From Podarcis vaucheri (Eukaryota), in assembly GCA_965113315.1 (NCBI GenBank), contig OZ220365.1: a DNA stretch of 64,000 bases; one strand, given 5' to 3'. The notes under the pieces were generated by a model. It saw nothing but the letters and a program-made list of their open reading frames with translations. It was not told the DNA's origin and did no database searches. This document shows positions 1-13,740 of the stretch, one piece after another; position 1 is the first letter of the stretch; every line of letters starts with the position of its first letter. The position numbers were made by a program, and so were the translations under genes.

Positions 1-323
1 AAAGTTTTCTAATCTTGCATTTGATTGAAGCTATGTTCTGTTAAGCATCATTGTTTCTCATTTTTCACTTTGCCTACCCAAGCAGGGACCCTCCCCTGCT
101 TAGAAAAGTGAGAGAGAGAGGAAAAACAAACACTATGTATATTGTAAAGGGAACTTTCCTTTTGAGATTGTGCCATTAGCTTTGTATTTTATTTTTTACA
201 ATGAGTAAGTTAATTCATCAGCGGCTGGATTTTATTTTCTCCTTTCCATTCATTCTGATATTCTGTAGTTGGTTGTCAGTTACTTAAATAATATAGTGCC
301 TTATCTTGTTTTTCTTGATTGCT

Positions 324-333
324 CGCGCGCGCG

Positions 334-364
<31 letters not shown>
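324..364. repeat. Compound microsatellite (CG)9(CA)11
   Basis: Read directly. Confidence 0.95.
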
Positions 365-3071
365 CGCTGCTCTTGGTACTCCTTTTGAGGGGATGGTAGA
401 TAGTAACAGCCTTTGAAATTATGCTTCTAAAATCAGGTGACCAAGGAAGCATTTCATAGGAAAGTTTGACAGTGATGAAACTGAAAAAAGCACAGCATTA
501 CTTTTACCTTTAAACTGTTCTCATTTAACATTCAGGTACTGTAAATGTAAACTCACTGTATAAAGCAATTACAGTTGTTGTATACCCTTATTGTGAGCCA
601 AAGTACGGTAACCTTTCACTAGAATTATAACTGTCATATATTTAATTGTCCAGTGTTTAGATTAATTCAAATGCTTAAATAGGCATGTCCTGCTTTATTA
701 TAAATATTGTTGTTTTTGTTTTCATGATGTCACTGAACAAGTTGAATAGTTTTGCTTTAAAATGGTCAAACCACTAGTTCATATATTAATGTTTCCCCAT
801 TAAATATTGTGTGGAAAAGTTATCCCCCATTCCTCAGCATGTTTTTGGAATTTCTGCAAACTTTCAGTAGGTTGAACTACCCTCTTCCCTGATTTAAAAT
901 CTTAAAATAGTATATACCAATCCACATCTGAAGAACAGATTCAATTTGTTATTGCAGAAACAAATTATAAAGTGATTTCCTTTGGGAAAAGATGGTTGCT
1001 TTCCCAATGAAATTTGCTAACATTGTTTTAATGAACAGAACTGCGAAGTATAAAGTAAGATCTATGAGCAGCCTAAGTGATTTCTGGATGCAATATGTGA
1101 ATATCCTGGCAGGATTCTTATTCTCTCTCTTTCATTTTGGCTTTGTTTCTAAGCACTGAAGAACAGAAACTACTGAAAGCTTTCTTTAATTAAGAAAAAA
1201 CAAAACCCCCAAACAAACCCCCGAACTCCCAAATGTCCCAAACATAAAATGAAAATAACTGCTTATTCTCATTCTAGGCCCAGTAGCAGGTGCAAATTAG
1301 ATAGAAAAATGGACAGAATAGGTCAATATGGACTTTGAGAATGCTTGAAGGCAATGTTAATTGTAGGAATGGCCATTCCCCTTTGACCTCAGGGTCGCAA
1401 ACAGTCCCTGTTCATCTGTTGTCGCCTGTGGCTACTGGTTTTGCATTCCCTATGGCCATATTTTCTTTATGCATACAAGTATTTGTTAGGGATGGTGGTG
1501 GGTGAGAAAGCTACGTACTGCATGCTTTCTTTTAAAAACCTGGTGGCTGGATCTTAGTGATAGAAAAGTTGGGAGAGGATCAGTAGTTCATAACAATAAG
1601 TGGAGTTGGCCAGGTATCAGTCAGCTTGTTTGAGAAGCTTGGTGGGTCAATGTATTTTTAAGGCTGTCTAATAAGGAACAGGGTTGTAGAGTGTGAGTCT
1701 TGTACATAAAATGAAAAACCTATCAAAACAGGTTTCCAGTACTTTCAGTCAATACATGATTGCCTAAATACATGAAGCTATTGGTCGCACATAGCATGAC
1801 TATGTTGCATTCTCCTCCTGTTTGGGTTGAGGATTCATTCCTTATAGGTAGGCAGTGTACTGCCACAGTCCAGCAGTGAGGGAGGAACAGAATGGAAGCA
1901 GTAGGCCGGCAAAGTGCCCTGCTAATATCGTTTCCATCATTACTTGCACGTCCACCGTGACACACAAACCTAGCAACCTAGATTGACTGCTGGCAGGTGG
2001 CCAGCCGTAGTACATAGTCAAACAGTATTTCATTTCATAGAGGCATATGTTTGTCGCCGGTATTTGTTCAGTATAGATTTACGCAGCTCTCTTAGGCAAG
2101 GTCTTCCTAATAGAATGTATGCAATTTATTGTCGAATTAGGAGATTCCAGTCAGTTGTTGCAGCTAAACTCGATTAACTGCTTCAATAGTTTTGTAAGGA
2201 AGTGAATTAATAGAGCAACGGAAACCTTTTTTTTTTTTTTACTGAGAAAACATTTTACTTTTATTAGTCCATTTTTAAACGCAGTATTAGAAACCTCTTT
2301 ATTTCTTATTTAGTGTTGCCCTGCAGTGTCCTTCCTTCTTTGTCATGTTATTTGATCAAAAACAATTTTTATTAATCCCTTCAAATGAAGTATGTTGAGA
2401 AAATGGAATAAATGCAAGGATGCTCATATGCAGTTCGGGAATATTTTGGGCAGAAGTGGTAACTGGCATTTTTGTAAATAAATCATATTTATTTTATTTT
2501 ATTTAAAAGGCTATGCAGTGAAAGGTTAAACCATTGCACTATAATGCAATGAAAAGTTAGACATTCTAGCTTTACATTGCTTGTTTGGTTTTATATGCTT
2601 TCAGTGTGATGTACCCTCCCTCCTATGCTCCAGAACCATTACCAAGCCTGTGTCCCCCATATATTGTTGGGCTACAACTCTTCTAATTTCCAGTCAGGAT
2701 AGCAAATGTCAGGGAAGATGGGAGGTAGAGTCCAACAGCATCTGGGGACCCAAGATTGGTAAAGGCTGTTCTAGAGGGTGCTCTCTTGCTGGAATGGCAA
2801 GTGTGAGATAGAAACTGTTCTTGTTAGTTGCTAGTGTCTTCCTGTGGGAAGTGGTGAAAGGACAGCCATTCCTCTTCTTTTCTCTAATGCAGTGGCTCAG
2901 ACAGGGTGGTATACTTATTCCCCCAGTGCACGTTGTTCCATTCTTTGGAACACAGTTTACCATTAGCCTGTTCCAGGAACCCTCTAATGGCAGGGAAGTG
3001 AAGGTTTGTTTCCTCCCTGCAATCCAATAACTTTATCTTAGTCGTTAATTATGATGGACATTTTGCGACTT

Positions 3072-3128
3072 TTATTATAAAAGAATTATTATAAAAGAAT
3101 TGTTATAAAAGGATTTATTACAAAAGAA
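3072..3128. repeat. Short tandem repeat, about 4 copies of TTATTATAAAAGAA
   Basis: Read directly; copies degenerate toward the 3' end. Confidence 0.8.
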
Positions 3129-3168
3129 TAACAACTGACTAGACAATGGAAACTGCTGAAAGAATGTA

Positions 3169-3533
3169 CCGTATTTTTTGCACCATAACACTCACTTTTT
3201 TCCTCCTAGAAAGTAAGGGGAAATGTCTGTGCGTGTTATGGAGCGAATACCTGCGGGTGGTGGTGGGGATCTACTGCAGTCGTGAGCAGAGGATCCATGG
3301 TTCCCCTTCCTTCCCTCCTCCGTGGTTACAAAGCATGGATCCACATGAATCCTCAGGATTTTTGCATTGGGCTACCCCAAACTCACCGTCAGATCACATG
3401 TCTGTGGCCACAGCATGAACCACAAAAATCATACATCCACTGTTTTGTTTAGAATATTTTTTTTCTTGTTTTCCTCCTCTAAAAACTATGTGCGTGTTAT
3501 GGTCTGGTGCGTGTTATAGAGCGAAAAATACGG
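3169..3533. mobile_element. Tc1/mariner-pogo type MITE (CCGTATTTT terminal inverted repeats)
   Basis: TA|CCGTATTTTTTGCACCATAACACTCAC ... GTGCGTGTTATAGAGCGAAAAATACGG|TA, with TA target-site duplication. Confidence 0.85.
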
Positions 3534-6489
3534 TATGTATATCCTACTTTGTTAACTAACTAGAGTAAACCATGGTTTTCTGAGTTTGCACAGAATGCGG
3601 ATAGTGGTTTAGTCAAAACTGAAAGCAAAAGCTTTCAGTCTTTCGTCTTTCACACGAGAAGAGAAGAAAGGGCAGCCAGCCAAAGGTTTATAGCAGCTTG
3701 TTCCAGATCATCTAAGCCAGAGCACTGTAATCTGTTTAGTTTAATCACCATGGAACCAGTGCAGGTTGTAATGTCTGTTTGAAATTCTACTTCAAGGAAC
3801 TGAATTCCAGTCCTCCTCATCATGGATCTCACTGGTCAGATATAAATACATGATGGCCCCAATTCATTGAAGCTGTCAACTCAACTTGGCAGCAAATGTG
3901 TGCACTCTCCCATTTACTCTGCAATTGCTGCGCATGAGGATTTGGTTAGTGCTATCAGCTCTGACAGTGATTATTAGTATGTGTTGGTCAGGAAGTGCTG
4001 ATGAGGGAGAAGGTGCTTTGATCCCTTCCCTGATACAGAAATCTGCCATTTCTGATGAATGAAGCATAAAATCAGCACCAAAAGGCAATGCTATTAACAA
4101 AAACAAAACTATTGCAGCTCTTCAAGTCTGGATTTGAGTGAATCTCCAAGAGCATAGAATTCCACAATTTTGGAACTGTTACTAGGAGCACCTCTCTGCT
4201 TATGCATGATAGACCTTAATGCATATATGAGGTTGCCTTTGGGCATGACACAGAGGGGAAGCATAAACAAACCCCATAGAGGCTGATTACTTTCTTTCTT
4301 TACCAAACCGTTTGACAAAAACAAGGCAGTTTTGACAACTATCGCAGAAACCACTTTCCCTGATAGTAGTGCCACTTAGAGAAGTGATTTACTAGCAAAA
4401 TGGTAATCTTAACACTACCTACTGTATATTTTGTGTAGTGTAGTAATCACTTCTTTGCTCTAAAAAATAATAATTAGCCAGGTACTTTCGAAGTCAAAAC
4501 ATTTTTCACAACAGAAAGGAAAAAGCAGGAAAAACTTCAGTATTTTGGAGTCAGCAAATAGCCTCAGAACTTGAATGTTTCTTGAAGGAATAAAGCAATT
4601 TTATATATTTTCCCACACCCAAATTTAACTATTGTTCTGTAGTTCATACATTTCCTGCTAGACCAAGAGAGAGTGTCAGGTTCCTTCTGTATATTAAATA
4701 GTACCCCCCTTTGCAGGAAATAAGTCTTCTGCTATCCCATATTTGCTTTCTTTATTGACACCCTTTTAGAAGACTTAAAAGGATTGGCTACAGTAAGCTA
4801 TCAGTTCATCACAGAACAAAAGTGGTTAATCTTAATTTGTCTAATTAGCATCTGATATGTGTACCAGCTGCTTCCTTGAACAAAAGCAGATGATCAAACC
4901 ATCTTATTAATTGCATATTAATTCTTGCATGCGTCTTAACCATATGGGAGACCTCTGTGAATGTACTGAGGCAAATTCATTATGAGAGCTGGGGAAACGA
5001 AAGAGCAATTGTATCTTCAGAGAACAGAGTGTAGGGACCATGGAAAATGTGTGTGTCATCCTAACATGACCCATCTGTGTTTCCTGTGCTCTTTGTTACT
5101 AACATTGAAAACAATTTAAGAATAAAGCTAGACAACTGAAGCGACATGTGTGTTTGATAGCTGGAGTTCTGTGACTGGGGAACCTATATTATCTCACTAA
5201 GTTATTCTTGCCATACTCCAAAGAAACCTTCCTTATTTATATTAGTTATATGGCTAAATTTGTAAGTCAGATATGACCGCAGATATCTTTTTTTTGTTCT
5301 ATGTTCATGAGTTTCTCTAGTTTTAATTTAAAAAGAATTCTACAGCTGCATCACAGACTGTGGACATCACAAAAACCTTTGGTTCAGCACAGGGGTAGCC
5401 AATGTGCTCCAGGTGTTGAACTCAGCCCTAGCCAGCATGATCAGCGGTCAGGGATCATGATGATTGCTCCTGATTTAGGAAAACATGAATGAACCTAGCC
5501 CTGTCGCAGGCTTGGAGGCTTCCCCTCCTCGCTATCTCCTTGTATAGCTGGGAAGAGGCAGTACAGAAGCTGTTCTGCTTTTAATTAAACATAGTTTGCC
5601 AGATAGACCATGATGCTAATTATATTGAGAGCAATTCAACGTCACAATAACGTGATTGTTCTGCCAGAGCAAGCATTTTGGCTTGCCAGATGGAACGGTC
5701 CTCCTTTCCTCCCCCCTCACACTATTCCAGGAGTCTTCCCGAATTCCTGCCCCCCGGAGCTGGTTTTGGGGGTGGGAGGCAGGGGCAGGAGAAAGCACTG
5801 TTGCACAAGTGTAAGTCCCTGTGTTATCTACACAGATAGGACTTATTAGATGAATCCTTCCTGGTTAGTTCAAAACAGTTCAGCTTCAGAAACCATGGTT
5901 TGAAGATGGTTGGTTTTAAACTGACACTAGTTTATGTTACCCACAGTTTGTCAGTCTAGATGTTATTACAAACCATGGTTGACCAGAGATGCAAATAAAA
6001 CTTTACTGATTCCTCCAGGCCACCAGGAAGGAAGTAGCATTCAAGCCTAGGAGGAAACTAGGTTTGTTTGTACCTAGTTCTTGCAGCATGGTAAGCCAAA
6101 CTATGGCTTCCTAGGACCACACAAATATTCTGGCTCCTGGAACAGAGTTCACACTCACTTTGCTTCTCCCTAGTCTTTTTTAGCTCAGCACAGCATGGCA
6201 GCTAACCCAAAGTCTGGCTTAGCATGTCATTAGAACCCAGGCTCATGGTTAAGCTCTCTCCTTATTAACCATGAGCTGTGGCCAAGTTTTGTTCTTGCAG
6301 AAGTGCAGTGTAACAAAGACATCCTGCCTAGCACCACACATATTTGGATGTTTGTACTAAGCTATGGTTTGGAATAGTGTTGTGTGCAAATGCAGCCATT
6401 GTCTGCATACAACCATAGTGATATGCACAACGAAATACATATATTGAATCTGGTGGATGTTATTATGATAATCATTGTCACACAAAAAT

Positions 6490-6880
6490 GGTTCTGTGTG
6501 TTGCAGCAAAAACAAGACTGTTGAAGCACCTTAAAGGCTAACAAATTTTATTATTTATTATTTATTTATTACATTTATATCCCACCTTTTCTCCCAGGGG
6601 CTCAAAGTGGCACACATGGTTCTCGCTTTTCCCATTTTATTCTCACTACAGCCCTGTGAGGTAGGTAAGGCTGAGAGTGAGTGACTAGCCCAAGGTCACC
6701 CAGCAAGCATCATGGCCTAATGGGGATTTGAACCCTGGTCTCCCAAGTCCTTGTCCAACACATTAACCACTATGCTGCAATGGCATAAGCTTTCATGAGC
6801 AAGCGTGTGTATCTAAAGAATTGGTCTCTAGTCCCCAAAATCTTTCGCTGTAATAAAATTGGTGTTTAAGGTGTCAGTGG
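6490..6880. mobile_element. Decayed Penelope-like reptile repeat split by the SINE at 6549-6780
   Basis: gcaccttaaaggctaacaaatttt on the left continues as tggcataagctttcatg...aataaaattggt on the right. Family assignment is from memory. Confidence 0.4.
6549..6780 (-). mobile_element. tRNA-derived CORE/MIR-like squamate SINE
   Basis: (TTTA)n tail at left, CORE-like ccctgtgaggtagg...gcccaaggtcacccagc, and B-box complement ggatttgaaccc near the right end. Confidence 0.8.
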
Positions 6881-9141
6881 ATGGCTTTTGCAAAACATAG
6901 AGTGTAGTTGAGATAAGAAGTATGAATGCTGACTCTTTTTCTGGTTTCATTTTGGCTAGTAAATTAAAGTTGATAATTTTAGTCAATTCCGTTAAGAACA
7001 TAAACATACAATGGAATTCAATCTTATAAAAGTTTGCCACCTAACCTAGGCAGCTTGTGATTCAAGACAAAGCAGAGCAACAGGTCTCTTCCATTAAAAA
7101 TATAAAAATTTTTTTTGATGGGTTCATCCTCTGAATACGCGTTCTTTAAATTAAATGACTACTGAAATATTACACTACGTTTTCATTTAATAAATTCTGA
7201 GTAAGAATATGGTTATTAGGAGATAGTTGGCTTCAGCTCCTGAAGTATGGTATTCTTTTCTCGCCACCAAAAGTAGCTGTAACTAAAATTAGGCTACTAT
7301 GAGTATCACTTCAGTGCTGTAACTCACATCAGAGTTACAGATTCTTCTAGTGAAGGGAACATAATATTGTTTACCTTTGTCAGTAGAGACAGAAAGATAA
7401 ACTGGAGAGTACTGTTTCTGTTTCCTGCAGATGGCAGCATTTTGCCTTCTTGCAGGTATTCCAAGGCTCTACTGCGTTGGGAGGCATCTAATTATGTTTT
7501 TCTCCCACCCCCAACCATCTGTTTTGATTTTTTGACTAAATAAAAATGTCTATTATACCTAATTCATATGTTAGCTTCTTTTGACAGTTCTTAACATCAT
7601 TTTGTTTCAGCACAATGTCTTCCCAAAGCACCATGGGTGAATCAAGGCATCCATATAGTTTTCTGCTCTTCCCTGATCAATGGCAATATTTCTAGATCAT
7701 TTTATTTCATTTTTTTGTTGCTAATAAAACAGATTTTAGCTATTCACAACAGACAAATATATAACATTGAAATGCTGCCAGTGAGTTATTTGGGTTCCTG
7801 ATTTGCTTGGGTGAAGCAGTATTAAGGTGAGCCTCACAATTTTTTGAATTTATAGAGGATAAGGAGGTACATGTTGCAATAGGGATGAAAACACATCTTT
7901 AGCTGTTAGTCAATCAGTGCACAACACAGAATCCCAAGCCTTCATATTCAAGGAAAAGATGGGTGATTGCATGCCTAATCATTGTTCTTTGTCTGTATAG
8001 AAGAAGGTGAAGAATGTCCACAGTCTCAAAGCGGGTTGCTTATGGAATCCTAAAACTGGCAATCTTAATGTTCAACATCCCAAATGCTGAGTATAAATGG
8101 TTGCCGCCAGTTGTAACCAACCAGCATCTTTTATTTGGTTCATTACTAAAAAAAATGAGTGCTGCACATAGGCAGCTGCTGAACTTTGGCATGCCTCTTC
8201 TCTCCTTCCTAACAACTGAGTGTATGCTTCTTGTTATGTGTGACACTTCCTTGTGGAAAACTGGGCACCTCCTTCGGTACCATATTTCCATGCTCAGAAA
8301 AAGGCATTACATGGCTTAACTCTACTGCTTGTAATGGCAAGCAGCATCAGTATAGAATAACAGAAGTATGATTCTTCTACCAGCTGAACTTCCAGGGGAC
8401 CAAAGCTGAAGATAATGAAATTAAAAATTAAGTGAAGGGGTGTGTGTGTGCAAAGTGCTTTAAAAAAAAACCCCGTGCCTGTGCTCAGGAAGAAAGAATA
8501 GTCTGGTGAGAGAAAAGGGAGAAGAGTAGAAGTGACACATCTTCTTTTTCTGGACCCTATCATGATCTGCCTGCCAGTGTGAACAGGAAATAGAGCCATC
8601 CAAGTCCAAATTAAAATGGAAAATTTTATGATAGGGTGGAAGGTTCATTAAAGTTTACAGCCAATTAAAAAAAACAGACGTATCTGGAAAAAGGCCTTTA
8701 TCTGGAAGCATCAAGAGATCAGTCAAGGGTAGAGGGTGTTCTAATACAAAATATTTTTCTTCCATGTTAAGCAGTATCACTGAGGATAAAATTGTGAGGT
8801 GTCTAAAATTATAGAAGTGACAGGGCAGGGGTCTTTGTATTCAGAAATTTCAATCCAAATGGCTTAAAAAAATGGGGGGGCTTATTGATTGGGTGGGATT
8901 ACCAAACACACAAATCTCTACTTAAAAGTAATTGGGATGTGTCTGGAACTCAGTGCTATACTTGCTCAAAATGTTATTGATTTCAGGAACCCATCAACTG
9001 AAGTGCCCCAGGCTTAAAGCTACTTTTAGTGGCTCTAAGGGATGTCACTGTAGTGACTGTAAAAATTGTGTACAATTCAAAGAATTTGTTAATTGGACAA
9101 ATAAGGAAAGTAGATTCTCCAAGATTTTTACAGTTGTAATA

Positions 9142-9268
9142 CAGTAAGCCTGTAACTTTGTTGTTATTTAGTCGTTTAGTCGTGTCCGACTCTTCATGAC
9201 CCATGGACCAGAGCACGCCAGGCACTTCTGTCTTCCACTGTCTTCTCACGTAAGTTGCAGGCTTACTG
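9142..9268. mobile_element. Minimal Tc1/mariner-type MITE shell enclosing the Bov-B fragment
   Basis: TA|CAGTAAGCCTGTAACTT ... AAGTTGCAGGCTTACTG|TA: 17-bp inverted repeats with 1 mismatch and TA flanks. Confidence 0.7.
9158..9248 (-). mobile_element. Bov-B/RTE LINE 3'-end fragment
   Basis: Reverse complement reads ...GTGCCTGGCGTGCTCTGGTCCATGGGTCATGAAGAGTCGGACACGACTAAACGACTAAATAACAACAA, the characteristic Bov-B 3' terminus with its CAA tail. Confidence 0.85.
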
Positions 9269-9676
9269 TACCACTAAAGGAATCAAATATGTGTCTCAGT
9301 GCCCCTGCAATACCATGTTTGTGGTAATGGCAATGAGATAAAATGAGGATATATGAGCATAAAAGCTGTGTTAGGAATTACAGAAGAACCAATTTGGGTG
9401 TAAGTTTTTAGTTGCTAAGCTCTTGTAATGTTGACCTGCTGGAATAAAAAGACTTCAAGATGAAGATGAGCCAGAAGTTTCTGGTCCAATGGAGAGGCCT
9501 TGAACTCCTGCCTTTCCTTCCATTATAGCCTGATTGAATGGCTGTTCTAGATGAGAGTTGAAGGAAGCATCTGATGGAGCTGGTCTCTCAGCAGTGTTTT
9601 AATCTGTTTGGGAAACCTCCACAGAAGCAGCAGGCTCCCTGATACCCTTCAGTACATGGGAAGGCAGCATATATGT

Positions 9677-9812
9677 CAGGCATAGGCAAACTCAGCCCTC
9701 CAGATGTCTTGAGACTACAGTTCCCATCACCCCTGACCACTGGTCCTGTTAGCTAGGGATGATGGGAGTTGTATTCCCAAAACATCTGGAGGGCCGAGTT
9801 TGAGGAAGCCTG
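9677..9812. mobile_element. hAT MITE, 136 bp, palindromic
   Basis: CAGG...CCTG termini and an exact 8-bp target-site duplication ATATATGT. Confidence 0.9.
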
Positions 9813-11489
9813 ATATATGTGATGGATAGTGGTGGAGCTATTTAGCCACCTCTGCTTTTTCCACCTGTGATTCTGATTATATGAACAGGAGAATGCCTGG
9901 ATAGTGTTAGGGAGACAGTAACTTGCAATAGGGCTCACCCAGTGAGTTCATTTTGTAATTGGAAAACTTATGTCTTTGTTCTTTAGAATGCTATTCACTC
10001 TGATGCTGTGAATAAGGTAAAGGAGCACTAGCTTTTCACACATCAGTTACAGGAAGCCCACAATTCTGGGCTGTTACTGGTTAATTTTACCTAAGGGAGT
10101 TAGTAATTCATTTGTATTGATTGTTTTATTGACTTCTTTATACTGTAATCAAATTTTCTTCTTCTAAGGTCATTTCTCCCTTTGACCTTACAGTAGATTT
10201 CTTAGTAACATAGCTGGCTTTTCCATGTGCTGCTGACTCAGATGTTTTCTGTTCAAACTAGACTTATTAATTAAGTGGCTACTTTGAATAGCATTTAATT
10301 AAAATTTATTTTTGTATGAGAAAAGTACATATAAACCCAAATTCTTTTCTAATAATTGCTGATTCGTGCAGTTATTTGTCCTATTGACATGAAAGTGGAA
10401 CCACTCTGAAACTACTTTGCATGCACAATGTGCTATCACCTGCTGTATTTTAGCTCATTTGTCCTTCAGATTATTTGTAAAAAGGCACTCATCATTGCTT
10501 GGCAAGATATTTGCATGAAGCAAAACTGGATTTCCAGTAGTTTCACTTTGTAAATATGTTGGGTTTTCTTTTTTAAGTTAATACAGTACTCAAGATCATG
10601 GCAAACTTACAGTCATGAATATTAATTGAATGCATGGTTACGCCATGGAAACGGAATTGTTTCATTCAGTTGAAATGCAAATACCCTGTAACAGTTATTC
10701 ATACTAAATTTGGCCACTATAAAATAGTAATTTATTATTTATATCCCCTTCTGTCATGATCAGAATTCAATGAGATACAAATCCACATTCATTTGCATAA
10801 CCTTTCACATTTTGAAAATTTAATTACCATAATTTGATAACCCGATCTTTAGATTGAAGGCTTGTAGAACAGTTTACATATTCTAAAATAAAAAGTAGCT
10901 ACTGAAACTGAAAGTGCAGCAAAGTCAGCATAAAATCTGAAAAAAATCTAAAAGTTCTAATAAAAGGCCTAAAATGGGTGGAGGATGTTTGGCTATACTG
11001 GAGGGCTGCAGGTTTCCCCTACTCTGCCCTAGGCAAAAGAACTTTTAGCACTACAGAAAACCCTTACTAAATCTGACTTGCTAGGTGACCACAATCCAGC
11101 CTAAAGATACTATTGGCTTTTGGATCAGCTACTTTGACCAGTTTCAGTTGTTTTGCTCTATGAATCCTGACATTGCTATTGGGAGTAAGCACAAACATGT
11201 TCCAACTAATTAAGCCAATGGAGAAAATGTGTCCAAATTCAGGCGGACACAAGTAATGGTATCATGAGTAGGAAAATGTCCATCCTGCAGTTAAGGAGGC
11301 AGTGATTGAACTCTTAAACTTTCCTAGTAGACAATCTCAACCTATGTTCCTTCTTAGGAAAACAAATTGGGAATATGGTTGCTGCACAATTCTAGGCATT
11401 ATTGGATAACCTCATTTCTTGACCTGTTTTTAATCAGGATTTCAGCTGACTGTGGAACTAAGACAGCTTCGTTGCACAAAACTATAATA

Positions 11490-11735
11490 TAGTGGTACCT
11501 CGGGTTAAGTAAGTACTTAATTCGTTCCGGAGGTTCGTACTTAACCTGAAACTGTTCTTAACCTGAAGCACCACTTTAGCTAATTGGGCCTCCTACTGCC
11601 GCCGCACCGCTGGAGCACAATTTTTGTTCTCATCCTAAAGCAAAGTTCTTAGCCCAAGGTACTATTTCTGGGGTAGCGGAGTCTGTAACCTGAAACGTAT
11701 GTAACCTGGAGCGTATGTAACCTAAGGTACCACTG
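11490..11735. mobile_element. Tc1/mariner (Tigger-like) MITE, copy 1
   Basis: (C>T)AGTGGTACCTCGGGTTA ... TAACCTAAGGTACCACTG with TA flanks; homologous to 19830-20054. Confidence 0.9.
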
Positions 11736-12293
11736 TAATAACTTAATTAAAAGCTTTAATAAACTGGGTGGTGAGAAAAATTAAAGTTCCAAAGGCCTCC
11801 CCAAACAGTAGGGTTACCCTGGATACTGTCGGCTATGCTTGAAGTAGCAGTTACAACCTGAAGACTACTATGAATACAAACCCTGACACTCTGATAAGTA
11901 TGGGAAAAGATGAAGGAATCTCAGAGAGGATGGTCATGGCAAGCAAAGGCTCTTGGCAAGTGGCACAGGTTCACAACAGAGAGAGCTCTGTGCTGATTCA
12001 GACTTGGCACAATTTAAAACTGGATTAATTTGAACATCCAACAGATATTCTTCAAATTAATCTGATTCCAAATTAGATAGGGAGATTTGATTTGTTGGTG
12101 ATGTGAACTGGTCATGAAACTTACAAAGTTCCTATGAAGGCTTGGAATTTATACAAGATACTCTGTATGTTTGATAAGCTAACTTTTACTGAATGTAGGG
12201 CAGATTTAAAGTTTATGACATCTAAATTATTTCCACATTTGAGCCAAAATTCATTTGTTTTTTCTGCATGGCTCAGTGGTGGATGGGACAAGG

Positions 12294-12324
12294 GTTTGTT
12301 TGTTTGTTTGTTTGTTTGTTTGTT
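12294..12324. repeat. (GTTT)n microsatellite
   Basis: Read directly. Confidence 0.95.
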
Positions 12325-13623
12325 CCATTTCCTATCCCAAAGGCTTGGCTTGGTCAAATGCAAGACTGAGGTCCTTTTTAGCATCTGAACTCCACAAAAC
12401 CCTGTTCCTTGTTCTGGTGGTGCTTGTGGGGGTAGCTCTTAATGGTAGAGATATAATGAATTAGAAAATAGGGAAAGAGCTAATCAATATTTATTATGTT
12501 GTGGTCTAAACAAGATTGTCATAATAAGCTCTGTTTTCCCTTTTTATTTTTTTTGATGCTTCATTGTTTCTTCACCGTATCCTTTCTGCTCCTCAGTTCC
12601 CAACCTCCTTCCTGGAGTCTTCTAGTCTCCTGTGTGCATGGATAATGAGGGAGCTGCCGTTACCTACTTAATAATCTTTGTAAAGCCCCACTTTATGCAT
12701 AATTCTCGCTTTGGATTAAGTGGTGCACAGGTCTTTTCCTTTCCTTTACAGCTGTTAAGAGTAAAATAGGACTTTTTTTCTTATTCCTTTCTGGATCCTT
12801 AGTTTAATTATCACTTCTTAGTAACCAGAGAAGTATCAAGATTCAGGAAGGCTGAGATTGCAGAGTTGAAAGAGACCATTGTGAGTGAGCTGAGTTCAAG
12901 ATGGGAGGGCAGCTGAATTCATTGCCTCTCGGGACTGTCTTTGTGGTGGGAAGTCACTTTTGTTCTCGAGGAAAATGCCAGGGGATGGCTGAGCCTGGCT
13001 GGCTTGAAAGGAGAGAAGAATGCCTCATAATTTATAAATTATTTATCATTCCTTCTTGTAGAAGAACCATTTGATGGCAATATCCCAGTGAAGCAGGTTG
13101 ATTGAGTTAATTGAATCTGAGCGTAAGTGTGCAAGGCTGGATGACTTTTTTGTACCCTTTTTTTAGGTTCTTGCCACAGAACTAATGGAAGGAAGTGTAA
13201 TTTCTAAAGACTTTGAAAGAGAGCTCTTGAAAGTACTAAAAGTTGGCAACCTCCCGCATGTGAGAAGGGGTTCAGTGTTTCCTAGAATCATACCCTTAAA
13301 TAGTTTTCTTTTGCTGTATCATTCCATGTGTTTAGGGAATCTATGGACATAAATACACCTATGCCAAGTGAAATGTGCCTGTTTTTAGTCCCTCATATGG
13401 CTTCTTGCTCAACCTGGCAAATGCTTTTGCTTTGTAAAGAGCCTTTCAACGACCTAATCGTTTTTATGTACATGCAGCATAAAATATATAGCAAAATATA
13501 TAAAATATATAGCAAAATCGAAAGCCCCTGTAAGTTCACTGAGTCTGACTCTCAGATAAGTATACATGTGATTTTTTTATTTAGGAGGTCATGATGCTGC
13601 AAATAGTTCTGATTGTATCTTCG

Positions 13624-13740
13624 TGTGAGGTAGGTTAGTCTGCGAAATAGTGACTGGCCCAAGGTCACCTAGCAGACCTCATGGTTGAGTGCTGATTTCA
13701 CTCGTGTGACCTTCCTACACTTCACTACACTAGCTCTCAG
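13624..13740 (-). mobile_element. CORE-SINE fragment, same family as 6549-6780
   Basis: tgtgaggtaggttag...tgactggcccaaggtcacc shared with the 6.6-kb copy. Confidence 0.65.

Noticed and set aside
3560-6290. Recurrent AAACCATGGTTT-type palindromes (also near 48790-49200) as a regulatory array
   Set aside because: More likely fragments of an old dispersed squamate repeat. Boundaries could not be defined.
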